This document shows positions 1-12,410 of a DNA stretch of 64,000 nt, piece by piece; within the stretch, counting starts at the first letter, position 1; the number at the start of each line of letters is the position of its first letter. This stretch comes from Acidimicrobiaceae bacterium (lineage in GTDB: Bacteria > Actinomycetota > Acidimicrobiia > Acidimicrobiales > RAAP-2): the NCBI GenBank assembly GCA_003162475.1, contig PMOI01000012.1, forward strand, positions 30,380 through 94,379, written 5' to 3'. Position numbers and translations under genes: made by a program. The notes under the pieces are model-generated. The model was not told the origin of the DNA. It searched no databases and saw only the letters and a list, made by a program, of their open reading frames with translations.

Positions 1-3000
1 GTAAACCAGTTCGATGAGATCTCCATTGGTCTCGCCACCGCGCAGAACATTCGTAGTTGGTCATCGGGCGAAGTAAAGAAGCCCGAGACGATCAACTACC
101 GCACGCTTCGTCCCGAGAAGGACGGACTGTTCTGCGAGAAGATCTTCGGGCCACAGAAGGCCTGGGAGTGCGCCTGCGGCAAGTACAAGCGGGTCCGTTT
201 TAAGGGCATCGTCTGTGAGCGCTGTGGTGTTGAAGTAACGAGTGACAAGGTGCGCCGCGAGCGCATGGGTCACATCGCGCTCTCCGCCCCGGTCGTGCAC
301 ATCTGGTACCTGCGTGGTACCCGTTCGTGGTTGGCCTACCTCTTGATGGGCACCGCGCCCAAGGAAGAGTTGAAGGCCAAGCAGTTGGAGAAGGTCATCT
401 ACTTCGCCGCCCACATGGTCACCTTCGTCGACGTCGACCGTCGTCACGACGACCTCGGTGAGCTGCGCGTTGGTCTCAACGACGAAGTCCTCGAGATCGC
501 CGAACGTGAAGTGAAGGCCCTCGACAACAAGCTCAAAGAGATCGAAGTCCGAGCCGCCAAGCTCGAAGCCGACGGCGCCAAAGAGTCAGAACTGCGCGCC
601 TTGCAGCGCGGCACCGAGAAGGAACTCGACGGCGTGCGTTCACGCTTCGCCGAAGAGCGCGAACTCGCGAAGCAGGCCTTTGACACCTTCGAGGGTCTGC
701 ACTCACGTCAGATCATCGAAGATGAAGTGCTGTACCGCGAGATGGACTTTCGCTACGGCGAGTACTTCGAAGGCGGCATGGGTGCCGACGCGATCCTGCA
801 ACTGATCGACCGGATGAACCTCGACGACGAGGAGAAGGTCATGCGCGAGATGATCGACGCGAAGGACGGCCGCAAGCCGCTCAGCGCGCAGCGTCACGCC
901 AAGTTCCTCAAGCGCCTCGCCATCGTGCAGTCCTTCAACCGTCGTGACGATCACGGTCACCGCTTGAACGACCCGCGCGCGATGATCCTCGAAGCCGTGC
1001 CGGTCATCCCTCCGGACCTTCGTCCGATGGTGCAGCTCGACGGTGGACGTTTCGCAACGTCGGACCTCAACGACCTGTACCGCCGCGTCATCAACCGCAA
1101 CAACCGTCTGAAGCGTCTGCTCGATCTCGGCGCGCCCGACATCATCGTCAACAACGAGAAGCGCATGCTCCAAGAGGCCGTGGACGCACTGTTCGACAAC
1201 GGACGTCGTGGACGCCCCGTCGCCGGGCAGAGTGGTCGACCCTTGAAGAGCCTCTCGGACATGTTGAAGGGTAAGCAAGGTCGTTTCCGTCAGAACCTGC
1301 TCGGAAAGCGCGTGGACTACTCGGGCCGTTCGGTCATCGTCGTTGGTCCCCAGCTGAAGCTCCACCAGTGTGGACTGCCCAAGATGATGGCCCTCGAACT
1401 CTTCAAGCCGTTCGTGATGAAGCGTCTCATCGAGACCCAGATGGCCCAGAACATCAAGAGCGCCAAGCGCATGGTCGAACGTCGCAAGACCGTCGTCTGG
1501 GACGTCCTCGAAGAGGTCATTCGAGAGCACCCGGTACTTTTGAACCGCGCGCCGACGTTGCACCGTCTCGGTATCCAGGCTTTCGAGCCGATCCTCGTCG
1601 ACGGCAAGGCCATCCAGATCCACCCGCTCGTCTGTAAGGCGTTCAACGCTGACTTCGACGGTGACCAGATGGCCGTGCACGTACCACTCTCGGCCGAATC
1701 TCAGGCCGAGGCGCGCATCTTGATGCTCTCGACGAACAACATCTTCACCCCCGCGACGGGTCGTCCCATCACCGAGCCGGCCCAGGACATGGTCTACGGC
1801 GCGTACTACTTGACGCTGCCCATCGAAGAAGAAGTCGAGAACCCCAAGGTCTACCGTCACGTCTTCGAGATCGAGAACGCGGTTTCTGACCACCTGATCG
1901 GTCTTCGTGCGCCCATCCAGATTCGACCCCTCGAAGGATCGTCACTGGACACGCGCCTCGAGTCGGCCGGTGTTGAGGTGAAGGGCGCAGGACGATCACT
2001 GGTCACCACGCCCGGACGCGTCCTCTTCAACGAAGCGCTGCCCTTTGGATTCCGATACGTCAACGAGCTCATTGGCAAGAACGCGGTGCCGATCGGCACC
2101 ATCGTGGAAGAGATCTCGGCGAGTTACTCCCGTCAGGAAGTGGCCGAGTCCCTCGACGCCATCAAGTCGCTGGGCTTTCGCTTCGCGACGAAGTCGGGTC
2201 TCACGATCTCCATCGACGACATCATCACGACCCCCGAAAAGGCCGCGATTCTCAACAAGTACGAGGAGCAGGCCGCCAAGGTCGAGACCAACTACCGCCG
2301 AGGCGTCATCGTCGACGACGAGCGTCGTCAGCAGGAGATCGAGATCTGGACTAACGCCAACAAGGAGGTCGGTGACGCCACCGACCGCGCCATGAACGCG
2401 ATCCCCGACAACCCGATTCGCCAGATGGTCGACTCGGGCGCTCGTGGTAACTCCCAGCAGATCCGTCAGATCGCCGCGATGAAGGGCCTCGTGTCCAACC
2501 CGCGTGGTGAGATGATTCCTCGTCCGATCAAGTCCTCGTTCCGTGAAGGTCTTTCGGTCCTCGAGTACTTCATCTCGACGCACGGTACCCGCAAGGGTCT
2601 CGGCGACACGGCGCTTCGTACCGCGGACTCGGGTTACCTCACGCGTCGACTCGTCGACGTCGCCCAGGAACTGATCGTCAAGGAGTTCGACTGCCAGACG
2701 GGTCGAGGAATGTGGATAGAGCACGTCGCTCCCGACACCCGTGCGCAGCGCGCACACCTCGAGACCAAGCTCTGGGGCCGCGTCCTCGCTGAGGACGTCA
2801 CGCTTTCGGACGGCTCACTCATAGCGGCCGGCACCATGTTGTTGATGGACGACGTCGAGCGACTTCGCGACGACGCCCAGATCAACCGCGTTCGTGTTCG
2901 CACCACTTTGACCTGTGATGCCATTCAAGGCGTGTGCGCCGCGTGTTACGGGCTCTCGCTCGCCACGCACCAGCTCGTCGAGCTCGGTGAAGCGGTCGGC

Positions 3001-4014
3001 GTCATTGCCGCGCAGTCCATTGGTGAGCCGGGAACCCAGCTCACCATGCGTACCTTCCACTCCGGTGGTGTGACCGAGAGCGACATCACGCACGGTCTGC
3101 CGCGCGTGGTAGAGCTCTTCGAAGCACGTACCCCCAAGGGTGCCGCCGCCGTGGCCGAGTTCTCGGGCACCGTGCGCGTCGAGCTCATTGGTCGTGAGCG
3201 CAAGGTCACGATGGTCGGCGACGAAGGTCAAGTGCAAGAAGAGTCGATCTCGATCGCTCGCCACCTCCTCATCGAGGACGGCCAAGAGGTCGAAGTCGGT
3301 ACGCCGCTGCACGACGGGCCGCTCGATCCCAAGCTCATGATGAAGTTCCGTGGAACTCGCGAGACCCAGCAGTACTTGGTCGAAGAGGTCCAGAACGTCT
3401 ACCGCGACCAGGGTGTGTCGATTCACGACAAGCACATCGAACTGATCGTGCGCCAGATGACCCGCCGCGTGCAGATCGTCGACGCCGGACTTTCGACGTG
3501 GCTCCCTGGAGCGCTCATCGACGTGAAGCTCTTCAACGACACCAACGACGAGCTCGAGGCCAGCGGCAAAGAGGCCGCGGACGGCCGAGCTCAGCTGATG
3601 GGTATCACGAAGGCCTCGCTCGCCACCGACTCGTGGCTCTCGGCCGCGTCGTTCCAAGAGACGACGCGCGTTCTGACCGAGGCCGCCATCGAAGGCAAGC
3701 GCGACAACCTCGTGGGTCTGAAAGAGAACATCATTATCGGTAAGTTGATTCCGGCCGGTTCGGGCCTTGAGTACTACAACCAGCGCGAACTCCGTCTCGA
3801 CATGCCCGACGCTGAGCTGCTGCCCGCCTGGGCGCAGGTCAGTGACGACGACCTCGACCTCGCCAGTTTGCTCGGCGAGTTGAGCAGTGACGACTCCTTT
3901 AGTGCCGACTTGAGCGCTTTCCAGAACATCGGAACGGCCACCTACGACGAGTCGGCCCTACCGGAGAACGACGCCATCAACCCCGAGGATCAACTCGGCG
4001 GCCAGGCGCTCTAA
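1..4014 (+). CDS. rpoC: RNA polymerase beta' subunit (5' end a few codons outside the window)
   Basis: Frame is open from base 1 ([12 protein letters not shown]...[13 protein letters not shown]). Zn finger CACGKY...CERC, catalytic NADFDGD and the actinobacterial coiled-coil insert are present. Confidence 0.99.
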   Translation, partial: VNQFDEISIGLATAQNIRSWSSGEVKKPETINYRTLRPEKDGLFCEKIFGPQKAWECACGKYKRVRFKGIVCERCGVEVTSDKVRRERMGHIALSAPVVHIWYLRGTRSWLAYLLMGTAPKEELKAKQLEKVIYFAAHMVTFVDVDRRHDDLGELRVGLNDEVLEIAEREVKALDNKLKEIEVRAAKLEADGAKESELRALQRGTEKELDGVRSRFAEERELAKQAFDTFEGLHSRQIIEDEVLYREMDFRYGEYFEGGMGADAILQLIDRMNLDDEEKVMREMIDAKDGRKPLSAQRHAKFLKRLAIVQSFNRRDDHGHRLNDPRAMILEAVPVIPPDLRPMVQLDGGRFATSDLNDLYRRVINRNNRLKRLLDLGAPDIIVNNEKRMLQEAVDALFDNGRRGRPVAGQSGRPLKSLSDMLKGKQGRFRQNLLGKRVDYSGRSVIVVGPQLKLHQCGLPKMMALELFKPFVMKRLIETQMAQNIKSAKRMVERRKTVVWDVLEEVIREHPVLLNRAPTLHRLGIQAFEPILVDGKAIQIHPLVCKAFNADFDGDQMAVHVPLSAESQAEARILMLSTNNIFTPATGRPITEPAQDMVYGAYYLTLPIEEEVENPKVYRHVFEIENAVSDHLIGLRAPIQIRPLEGSSLDTRLESAGVEVKGAGRSLVTTPGRVLFNEALPFGFRYVNELIGKNAVPIGTIVEEISASYSRQEVAESLDAIKSLGFRFATKSGLTISIDDIITTPEKAAILNKYEEQAAKVETNYRRGVIVDDERRQQEIEIWTNANKEVGDATDRAMNAIPDNPIRQMVDSGARGNSQQIRQIAAMKGLVSNPRGEMIPRPIKSSFREGLSVLEYFISTHGTRKGLGDTALRTADSGYLTRRLVDVAQELIVKEFDCQTGRGMWIEHVAPDTRAQRAHLETKLWGRVLAEDVTLSDGSLIAAGTMLLMDDVERLRDDAQINRVRVRTTLTCDAIQGVCAACYGLSLATHQLVELGEAVGVIAAQSIGEPGTQLTMRTFHSGGVTESDITHGLPRVVELFEARTPKGAAAVAEFSGTVRVELIGRERKVTMVGDEGQVQEESISIARHLLIEDGQEVEVGTPLHDGPLDPKLMMKFRGTRETQQYLVEEVQNVYRDQGVSIHDKHIELIVRQMTRRVQIVDAGLSTWLPGALIDVKLFNDTNDELEASGKEAADGRAQLMGITKASLATDSWLSAASFQETTRVLTEAAIEGKRDNLVGLKENIIIGKLIPAGSGLEYYNQRELRLDMPDAELLPAWAQVSDDDLDLASLLGELSSDDSFSADLSAFQNIGTATYDESALPENDAINPEDQLGGQAL

Positions 4015-4024
4015 CGCGTAAGTT

Positions 4025-4048
4025 CACCGCCGCTCTCGCCGGGCGGTG
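4025..4048 (+). terminator. GC-rich hairpin after rpoC (no U tract)
   Basis: caccgcc/ggcggtg 7-bp stem 10 nt after the rpoC stop. Confidence 0.4.
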
Positions 4049-4146
4049 GTGGGCTTGCCGTACGAAGGCAGTTTGTCGTAGGATTGACAGTCCGCGCTTG
4101 GGCATCGCTCCAGCGCCACGAGATTTACCAACAAGAGAGGTTCCGC

Positions 4147-4518
4147 GTGCCCACAATCGCACAGTTGGTCCGAAAGGGCCGACAGGACAAGGTTTCAAAG
4201 ACGAAGACGCCGGCCCTGAAGGGGGCCCCGCAGCGCCGCGGCGTGTGCACCCGCGTGCACACCGTCACGCCCAAGAAGCCAAACTCCGCTCTTCGTAAGG
4301 TCGCGCGTGTGCGCCTGACGTCGGGCGTTGAAGTGACGGCCTACATCCCGGGCGTCGGTCACAACCTCCAAGAGCACTCCATCGTCCTCGTGCGCGGGGG
4401 TCGTGTGAAGGACCTTCCCGGTGTTCGTTACAAGATCATCCGCGGCGCGCTCGACACCTCCGGTGTCCGCGACCGCAAGCAGGCCCGTAGTCGTTACGGT
4501 GCCAAGAGGGAGAAATAA
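4147..4518 (+). CDS. rpsL: 30S ribosomal protein S12
   Basis: GTG start ([12 protein letters not shown]); [11 protein letters not shown] and [10 protein letters not shown] motifs. Confidence 0.99.
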   Translation: MPTIAQLVRKGRQDKVSKTKTPALKGAPQRRGVCTRVHTVTPKKPNSALRKVARVRLTSGVEVTAYIPGVGHNLQEHSIVLVRGGRVKDLPGVRYKIIRGALDTSGVRDRKQARSRYGAKREK

Positions 4519-4988
4519 TGCCTCGTAAAGGTCCAGCCGTACGTCGTGAGATCCCCGTTGACCCGATCTACAAGTCGGTCCTCGTCACGCAGGTCACGAA
4601 CAAGATTCTTGAGCGCGGCAAGCGCACCATCGCCGAGCGCATCGTGTACTCGGCCCTCGAGCAGGTCGAGCAGAAGACGGGCACCGACCCGATCGCGACC
4701 CTGAAGCGCGGGTTAGAGAACGTGCGTCCCGAGCTCGAAGTTCGTAGCCGACGAGTCGGTGGAACCACGTACCAAGTGCCCGTCGAAGTTCGCCCGCGTC
4801 GTTCGACGACGCTCGCCATAAGATGGTTGACCGACTTCGCGAAGAAGCGTCGCGAGAAGACCATGGCCGACCGTTTGGCCAACGAGATCATCGACGCCAG
4901 CAACGGCGTGGGCGCGGCCGTCAAACGTCGTGAGGACATGGCCAAGATGGCCGAGTCCAACAAGGCTTTTGCTCACTATCGCTGGTAA
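4518..4988 (+). CDS. rpsG: 30S ribosomal protein S7
   Basis: MPRKGP...[14 protein letters not shown]...NKAFAHYRW. Confidence 0.99.
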   Translation: MPRKGPAVRREIPVDPIYKSVLVTQVTNKILERGKRTIAERIVYSALEQVEQKTGTDPIATLKRGLENVRPELEVRSRRVGGTTYQVPVEVRPRRSTTLAIRWLTDFAKKRREKTMADRLANEIIDASNGVGAAVKRREDMAKMAESNKAFAHYRW

Positions 4989-5009
4989 ATAAAGAGAGTT
5001 TGTAAGGAA

Positions 5010-7097
5010 ATGACCGCACGCGAATACCCCCTGGAAAAAGTTCGCAACATTGGCATCATGGCGCACATCGACGCCGGTAAGACCACGACGACCGAGCGCA
5101 TCTTGTTCTACACGGGCAAGAACTACAAGATCGGCGAGGTGCACGAAGGCGCCGCCACCATGGACTGGATGGTCCAAGAGCAAGAGCGTGGCATCACGAT
5201 CACCTCGGCCGCCACGACCTGTTACTGGAACGGCAACCGCATCAACATCATCGACACCCCGGGCCACGTCGACTTCACCGTCGAAGTCGAGCGCTCACTA
5301 CGAGTCCTCGACGGCGCCGTCGCGGTCTTTGACGCCGTCGCGGGCGTCGAGCCCCAGACCGAGACGGTCTGGCGCCAAGCCAACAAGTACAACGTGCCGC
5401 GCATCTGTTTCGTGAACAAGATGGACCGCGTCGGCGCGGACTTCTTTCGCTGCGTTGACATGATCGCGGACCGCCTCGACTGCGTCCCGGCCGTCATCCA
5501 ACTTCCCGTCGGTGCCGAAGGTAACTACCAAGGCATCGTGGACCTCACGACGATGAAGGCAACGCTGTACCACGACGACAAGGGCGAAGAGCTCGACATC
5601 GTGGACGTGCCGGATGACCTGAAGGAACTCGCTGCTACGTATCACGCGAAGTTGCTCGATGTGCTCACCACCTTCGACGACGACCTCATGGAGAAAGTCC
5701 TCGGCGACGAGGACATTTCCTCCGACGACATCCGCCGCGCGTTGCGCCGCGGCACCCTCGAGGGACACTGCGTTCCGATCTTGAACGGCAGTGCCTTCAA
5801 GAACAAGGGCGTCCAGCCCATGCTCGACGCGGTCGTGGACTTCCTGCCCTCGCCGGTCGACCTGCCGCCCACCCAGGGCACCAAGCCCGGTAAGGAAGAG
5901 GTGTTGGAGCGCAAGCCCGCCGACGACGAGCCCTTCTCCGCGCTGGCCTTCAAGATCATGACCGACCCGTACGTCGGAAAACTCATCTACCTGCGTGTCT
6001 ACTCGGGCACCCTGCAAAAGGGTGACACCGTCATCAACACCACGAAGGGCATGAAGCGCGAGCGCCTCGGGCGACTGCTGTTGATGCACGCGAACAACCG
6101 CGAAGACCTCGACACCATCCGCACCGGCGACATCGTCGCGGCCGTGGGCCTAAAGCAGGTCACGACCGGTGACACACTGAGCGACCCCGACCAGACGATC
6201 CAACTCGAGACCCTGACCTTTCCCGAGCCCGTTATCCACGTGGCCGTCGAACCCAAGACCAAGGTCGACCAGGAGAAGCTCGGAAAAGCGCTCTACGCGC
6301 TCTCCGAAGAAGACCCGACGTTCCGTGTGCGCACCGACATAGAGACCGGCCAGACCGTCATCTCGGGAATGGGCGAGTTGCACTTGGAGGTCCTCGTGGA
6401 CCGCATGCTTCGTGAGTTCTCGGTCGACGCCAACGTCGGTAAGCCCCAGGTGGCCTACCGCGAGACCATCCGCAAGAAGGTCGAAAAGGTCGAAGAGAAG
6501 TACGTTCGCCAGACCGGCGGTAAGGGTCAGTACGGCCACGTCGTCATCACCGTCGAGCCCACGGGCCCCGGCGGCGGCTACGAGTTCCTCGACGAGACCT
6601 CGGGCGGCGTCATTCCCAAGGAGTACATCCAGCCGGTCAACCAGGGCATCACCGAGGCATTGACCGCGGGCGTGCTCGCGGGCTACCCCATGGTGGACTT
6701 ACGTGTTCGCCTGACCTGGGGTAGCTACCACGACGTCGACTCCTCGGAGATGGCCTTCAAGATCGCGGGCTCCATCGCGGTGAAGAAGGCGACGCGCGCC
6801 GCGAGTCCCGTACTCCTCGAGCCCGTGATGAGCGTCGAGGTCGTCACTCCCGAGGACTACATGGGCGACGTCATTGGTGACCTTTCGTCTCGCCGTGGTC
6901 GCATCGAGGGCATGGAAGCCCTCGGCAATAACCAGGTGATTAAGGCGCTTGTCCCGCTGGCCGACATGTTCGGCTACGCTACTGACCTGCGTTCTCGCAC
7001 TCAAGGGCGAGCGACGTACACCATGCAGTTCAATTCGTACGCGGAAGTACCTGACGCGATCGCCAAGGAGATCGTCGCCAGGGCCACCGGCGCGTAA
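5010..7097 (+). CDS. fusA: Elongation factor G
   Basis: [37 protein letters not shown]. Confidence 0.99.
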   Translation: MTAREYPLEKVRNIGIMAHIDAGKTTTTERILFYTGKNYKIGEVHEGAATMDWMVQEQERGITITSAATTCYWNGNRINIIDTPGHVDFTVEVERSLRVLDGAVAVFDAVAGVEPQTETVWRQANKYNVPRICFVNKMDRVGADFFRCVDMIADRLDCVPAVIQLPVGAEGNYQGIVDLTTMKATLYHDDKGEELDIVDVPDDLKELAATYHAKLLDVLTTFDDDLMEKVLGDEDISSDDIRRALRRGTLEGHCVPILNGSAFKNKGVQPMLDAVVDFLPSPVDLPPTQGTKPGKEEVLERKPADDEPFSALAFKIMTDPYVGKLIYLRVYSGTLQKGDTVINTTKGMKRERLGRLLLMHANNREDLDTIRTGDIVAAVGLKQVTTGDTLSDPDQTIQLETLTFPEPVIHVAVEPKTKVDQEKLGKALYALSEEDPTFRVRTDIETGQTVISGMGELHLEVLVDRMLREFSVDANVGKPQVAYRETIRKKVEKVEEKYVRQTGGKGQYGHVVITVEPTGPGGGYEFLDETSGGVIPKEYIQPVNQGITEALTAGVLAGYPMVDLRVRLTWGSYHDVDSSEMAFKIAGSIAVKKATRAASPVLLEPVMSVEVVTPEDYMGDVIGDLSSRRGRIEGMEALGNNQVIKALVPLADMFGYATDLRSRTQGRATYTMQFNSYAEVPDAIAKEIVARATGA

Positions 7098-7207
7098 GGA
7101 GCTGGGTAACCAGCGAAAACAGGTCCAAACCGTCGTCGGGGAGGGCCGAAACAAACCAGACCGATTCACCTAGAAGCGGTCACGAGAGAGAAAGTTAGTC
7201 CCCGACA

Positions 7208-8395
<1,188 letters not shown>

Positions 8396-8403
8396 GACTG
8401 GTC

Positions 8404-8727
8404 ATGGCCGACAACCGACAGATGATTCGAATCCGATTGAAGGCCTTCGACCACGGCGTCTTGGACCAGTCCACCGCGAAGATCGTCCAGACGGTCGAGC
8501 GCACGAACGCTCGGGTGCAGGGCCCCGTGCCGCTGCCTACCGAGAAGCACCGTTACACGGTGGTTCGCGGGCCCCACAAGCACAAAGACAGCCGTGAGCA
8601 CTTCGAAATGCGTATTCACAAGCGTCTTTTGGACATCGTGGACCACACGGCCAAGACGGTCGATTCGCTCCAGCGTCTCGACCTACCCGCGGGCGTGGAC
8701 ATCGAGATCAAGATTCGCCAGAACTAA
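8404..8727 (+). CDS. rpsJ: 30S ribosomal protein S10
   Basis: [10 protein letters not shown]...GPVPLPT...[11 protein letters not shown]. Confidence 0.99.
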   Translation: MADNRQMIRIRLKAFDHGVLDQSTAKIVQTVERTNARVQGPVPLPTEKHRYTVVRGPHKHKDSREHFEMRIHKRLLDIVDHTAKTVDSLQRLDLPAGVDIEIKIRQN

Positions 8728-8731
8728 CGCC

Positions 8732-8766
8732 TCGGACCCCGTGGGCTTTGCGCCCACGGGGTCCGA
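8732..8766 (+). terminator. Perfect 15-bp hairpin directly after rpsJ
   Basis: tcggaccccgtgggc-tttgc-gcccacggggtccga; no U tract. Confidence 0.6.
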
Positions 8767-8945
8767 TGGTGTACGGTTAATAGCCCCATTCTTTGCGAAT
8801 GAGGCGAACAACAGAAGTGTTCAGTTGCCATTTTTTGGAACGCTGAGCCAACCAGTCGAGCGCTCCGTTCGGGTTTTCATGGCCCGGCGGAGCGTCTGTA
8901 TGTCGGCCCCGGTCGACGTAGAGAAAAGTAGAGGAAGAGGAAAAC

Positions 8946-9605
8946 GTGGCGACCAAAGCGATCGTCGGCGAGAAGGTGGGCATGACCCAAGTCTGGGATG
9001 ACCAGAACCGGGCGATACCGGTTACGGTCGTTCGGGTCAGTCCAGCGCGCGTCGTCCAGGTGAAGACCCCCGAAAAAGAGGGTTACTCGGCCGTGCAGGT
9101 CACGTGGGGCACACGCCGCACGTCGACGCTCACCAAACCCGAACTCGGTCACTACGAAAAGGCCGGCGTCACACCCGGTAAGAAGCTCGTCGAGCTTCGT
9201 CTCGACGACGTGACCGGCTACAGCGTCGGACAAGAGATCCTCGCCAACTCCTTTGAAAAGGGCGAGATGATCGACGCCACCGCCGTCTCCAAGGGCAAGG
9301 GCTTTGCCGGTGGCATGAAGCGCCACAACTTCAAGGGTCAAGGCGCCGCGCACGGTAACCACAAGCACCACCGCGCCCCCGGCTCCATTGGCGCCTGCGC
9401 GACACCAGGTCGAGTCTTCAAGGGCACGAAGATGGCTGGACGCATGGGTGGTTCCCAGGTCACGACCACCAACCTCGAAGTGATCTCGGTCGACGTCGAG
9501 CGTCATCTCGTCCTCGTGAAGGGTGCCGTACCCGGTCCTCGCGGTGGCGTTGTAGTACTGCGCACGTCGGTGAAGAACCCCATGAAGGCCGGAGGTAGCC
9601 GATGA
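8946..9605 (+). CDS. rplC: 50S ribosomal protein L3
   Basis: GEKVGMTQ, SKGKGFAGGMKRHNF, HRAPGSIG; GTG start with purine-rich SD. Confidence 0.99.
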   Translation: MATKAIVGEKVGMTQVWDDQNRAIPVTVVRVSPARVVQVKTPEKEGYSAVQVTWGTRRTSTLTKPELGHYEKAGVTPGKKLVELRLDDVTGYSVGQEILANSFEKGEMIDATAVSKGKGFAGGMKRHNFKGQGAAHGNHKHHRAPGSIGACATPGRVFKGTKMAGRMGGSQVTTTNLEVISVDVERHLVLVKGAVPGPRGGVVVLRTSVKNPMKAGGSR

Positions 9606-10282
9606 GTGAGGTCTTTACCCTTCGTGGTCCGATCAAGAAGGACCGACCCGAGTTGTTGCAGCACTGGGTTACTCGTCGCTCTCTCGCTGGTGTCGAACTC
9701 GGACCAGTCGAACTCGAACCCACGTTCTTTGGCGTCACGCCCAACATGGCCGTGATGCACCAGGTCGTCAAGGCCCAACTCGCCGCCAAGCGATCGGGCA
9801 CCCAGTCCACCAAGACCCGCAAGGAAGTGCGCGGTGGTGGCAAAAAGCCCTTCAACCAAAAGGGCACGGGTGGCGCTCGTCAGGGGACCATCCGCGCGCC
9901 GCACTATCCGGGTGGTGGCATCGCGCTCGGCCCGAAGCCTCGTAGCTACGAGCAGAAGACCCCGAAGAAGATGATTCGTCTCGCGCTCTACTCGGCGCTG
10001 TCGGACCGCGCGAGCATGGCGCGTATTGCGATCGTCGACAGCTTCGACGTCTGGAGTGAGCCCAAGACCAAGGACGCGATCACCGCGATGACCGCGCTCG
10101 GCCTCGAAGGCAAGATCCTCGTGGTGCTCGGTCGCGACGACGAGACCGCTATTCGCTCGTTCCGCAATCTCAAGAACATCAAGACCATCGACGCGGGCGA
10201 ACTGAACGCCTACGACGTCCTCGACTGCGACTGGTTGCTCTTCACCGACGCCACGTTGCCTACTGCGAAAGTGATTGCCTGA
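9602..10282 (+). CDS. rplD: 50S ribosomal protein L4 (about 22 aa N-terminal extension)
   Basis: TKTRKEVRGGGKKPFNQKGTGGARQG, GPKPRSY; GGAGG SD and ATGA overlap with rplC. Confidence 0.98.
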   Translation: MSEVFTLRGPIKKDRPELLQHWVTRRSLAGVELGPVELEPTFFGVTPNMAVMHQVVKAQLAAKRSGTQSTKTRKEVRGGGKKPFNQKGTGGARQGTIRAPHYPGGGIALGPKPRSYEQKTPKKMIRLALYSALSDRASMARIAIVDSFDVWSEPKTKDAITAMTALGLEGKILVVLGRDDETAIRSFRNLKNIKTIDAGELNAYDVLDCDWLLFTDATLPTAKVIA

Positions 10283-10572
10283 TGCGCGACGCCATGAACA
10301 TCTTGATTCGCCCCGTGGTCTCGGAGAAGACCTACGCACTGATGGACACCGGCACCTACGTGTTCGTCGTCGACCCTCGGGCCACGAAGATCGACGTGCG
10401 TAACGCCGTCGAGCAGGCCTTCAACGTGAAGGTCACCAACGTCAACACCCTCAATCGCAAGGGCAAGAACACGCGTAACCGCCGCACCGGGGTTCGCGGC
10501 GCCAAGCCCAACACCAAGCGAGCCATCGTCACCTTGAAACAGGGTGACACGATCAACCTCTTCGACAACTAA
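10282..10572 (+). CDS. rplW: 50S ribosomal protein L23
   Basis: RPVVSEK...KRAIVTL; position in S10 cluster. Confidence 0.98.
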   Translation: MRDAMNILIRPVVSEKTYALMDTGTYVFVVDPRATKIDVRNAVEQAFNVKVTNVNTLNRKGKNTRNRRTGVRGAKPNTKRAIVTLKQGDTINLFDN

Positions 10573-10580
10573 GGAACACC

Positions 10581-11414
10581 ATGGCACTTCGTCACCGCAA
10601 ACCAACCAGCCCCGGTCGTCGCTTCCAGACGGTGTCGGACTTCGCTGAACTGACGACCTCGACGCCGGAGAAGTCCCTGCTCTCGGCCAAGCCCAAGACC
10701 GGGGGTCGCAACAACCACGGCCGCAAGACCTCGCGTCACCGCGGTGGTGGTCACAAGCAGCAGTACCGCATCATCGACTTCAAGCGCAACAAGGATCACA
10801 TCCCCGCCAAGGTTGCCACCATTGAATACGACCCGAACCGCACGTGCCGCATTGCGTTGTTGCACTACGCCGACGGCGAGAAGCGTTACATCCTCGCGCC
10901 CAACGGCCTGAAGGTCGGCGAATACGTCGAGTCCGGTCCCAAGGCCGACATCCGCACCGGTAACTCGCTGCCGATGCGCTTCATCCCTACCGGTTCCACC
11001 GTGCACAACGTGGAGCTTCGCCCCGGCGGCGGGGGCAAGATGGCCCGCAGTGCCGGCATGGGCGTGCAGCTCGTCGCCAAGGACGGCGGCTTCGCGACGC
11101 TTCGACTTCCTTCGACGGAAATGCGCCGCGTGCCGATCGACTGTCGCGCGACGCTCGGCATCGTGGGCAACTCCGAGCACGAACTGATCAAGATCGGTAA
11201 GGCCGGTCGCAACCGCTGGAAGGGCATTCGTCCCCAGACCCGTGGTGTGGCGATGAACCCGGTCGACCACCCCTTGGGTGGTGGTGAGGGTAAGACCTCC
11301 GGTGGTCGTCACCCGGTCTCGCCGTGGGGTCAGCCTGAAGGTCGTACGCGTCTGCCAAAGACATCAGACGCGCTCATTATTCGACGCCGCCGTGGACGCG
11401 GCGCGCGGAGGTAG
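10581..11414 (+). CDS. rplB: 50S ribosomal protein L2
   Basis: [31 protein letters not shown]. Confidence 0.99.
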   Translation: MALRHRKPTSPGRRFQTVSDFAELTTSTPEKSLLSAKPKTGGRNNHGRKTSRHRGGGHKQQYRIIDFKRNKDHIPAKVATIEYDPNRTCRIALLHYADGEKRYILAPNGLKVGEYVESGPKADIRTGNSLPMRFIPTGSTVHNVELRPGGGGKMARSAGMGVQLVAKDGGFATLRLPSTEMRRVPIDCRATLGIVGNSEHELIKIGKAGRNRWKGIRPQTRGVAMNPVDHPLGGGEGKTSGGRHPVSPWGQPEGRTRLPKTSDALIIRRRRGRGARR

Positions 11415-11421
11415 GTAGACA

Positions 11422-11700
11422 ATGTCACGCAGCCTAAAAAAGGGTCCCTTCATCGACACCCACCTTTTGAAGAAGGTGGACGCCATGAACGCGGCCAACG
11501 AGAAGAAGGTCATCAAGACCTGGAGCCGTCGTTCGACGGTGATCCCTGACATGGTCGGTCACACCTTCGCCGTGCACGACGGACGTCGTCACGTGCCGGT
11601 CTTCGTGAACGAGTCGATGGTCGGCCACAAGCTCGGTGAGTTCGCTCCCACGCGCACGTTCAAGTTTCACGCGGGCCAGGAAAAGACGGGTAGGCGCTAA
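11422..11700 (+). CDS. rpsS: 30S ribosomal protein S19
   Basis: [10 protein letters not shown]...[11 protein letters not shown]. Confidence 0.99.
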   Translation: MSRSLKKGPFIDTHLLKKVDAMNAANEKKVIKTWSRRSTVIPDMVGHTFAVHDGRRHVPVFVNESMVGHKLGEFAPTRTFKFHAGQEKTGRR

Positions 11701-12410
11701 TGACCGCTTCGAAGACCAACGAACGCCCCGGAACTCGCGCCACGCTGCGCGGCTTTCCGATGTCGGCGAGCAAGGCGCGCGTCGTACTCAACATCGTTCG
11801 CGGCGAAGACGTCAACACGGCCCGTGAGATCCTGGCTGGCACGACGCGCGAGGCCGCCGACGTGATCGGTAAGGTCCTCGCCTCGGCCGTCGCGAACGCC
11901 GTCAACAACGACGCTCAGGTCGTCGAAGAGCTCTTCATCTCGGCGGCCTACGCCGACGAGGGCGTCACCATGAAGCGATTCTCACCTCGCGCGCGTGGTC
12001 GTGCGGGCAAGATCTTCAAGCGCTCCACCCACATCACCGTGATCGTGTCGCGTATGGACGAAGAGCGCCTCGAGCGCATGCGCAGTGCGCGCACTGAGCA
12101 GGCCGCCGTGAGCCGTTCACGCCGCGTGGCCTCGTCACGTCGTCGTGCCGACCAGACCGCGAGTCTGAACAAGCGCGAAGCGGCCCACGAAGCGCAGGCC
12201 GAACTCGACGCCGCCGCCGAGATTGAGGCGACCAACGCCTCACTCGAAGCGACCGAGAGCAACGTGCCTGACAACGCCGTCGATGACGCCGGCACCGATG
12301 TGACCGACGTCGCCGCGATCAGTGACTACGACGACGAAACGCCGGCACCCGAGGTCGCCGACGAGAACGACGAAACGGTGTCCACCGACACTACGGAGGA
12401 GACCAACTAA
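11700..12410 (+). CDS. rplV: 50S ribosomal protein L22 with about 118 aa C-terminal extension
   Basis: Core SKAR...PRARGRA...HITVIV ends near aa 118; an Arg-rich then acidic tail follows. Confidence 0.97.
   Translation: MTASKTNERPGTRATLRGFPMSASKARVVLNIVRGEDVNTAREILAGTTREAADVIGKVLASAVANAVNNDAQVVEELFISAAYADEGVTMKRFSPRARGRAGKIFKRSTHITVIVSRMDEERLERMRSARTEQAAVSRSRRVASSRRRADQTASLNKREAAHEAQAELDAAAEIEATNASLEATESNVPDNAVDDAGTDVTDVAAISDYDDETPAPEVADENDETVSTDTTEETN

Noticed and set aside
4258-4290. Streptomycin-resistance allele in rpsL
   Set aside because: The TPKKPNS and RVKDLPG lysines are intact. The nearby Y-to-H change (RVHTV) is not a resistance site I know.
7098-7207. Small hairpins between fusA and tuf (gctgg-gtaa-ccagc; gaccg/cggtc)
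   Set aside because: These are short stems typical of intercistronic stabilisers, with no evidence for a distinct ncRNA.
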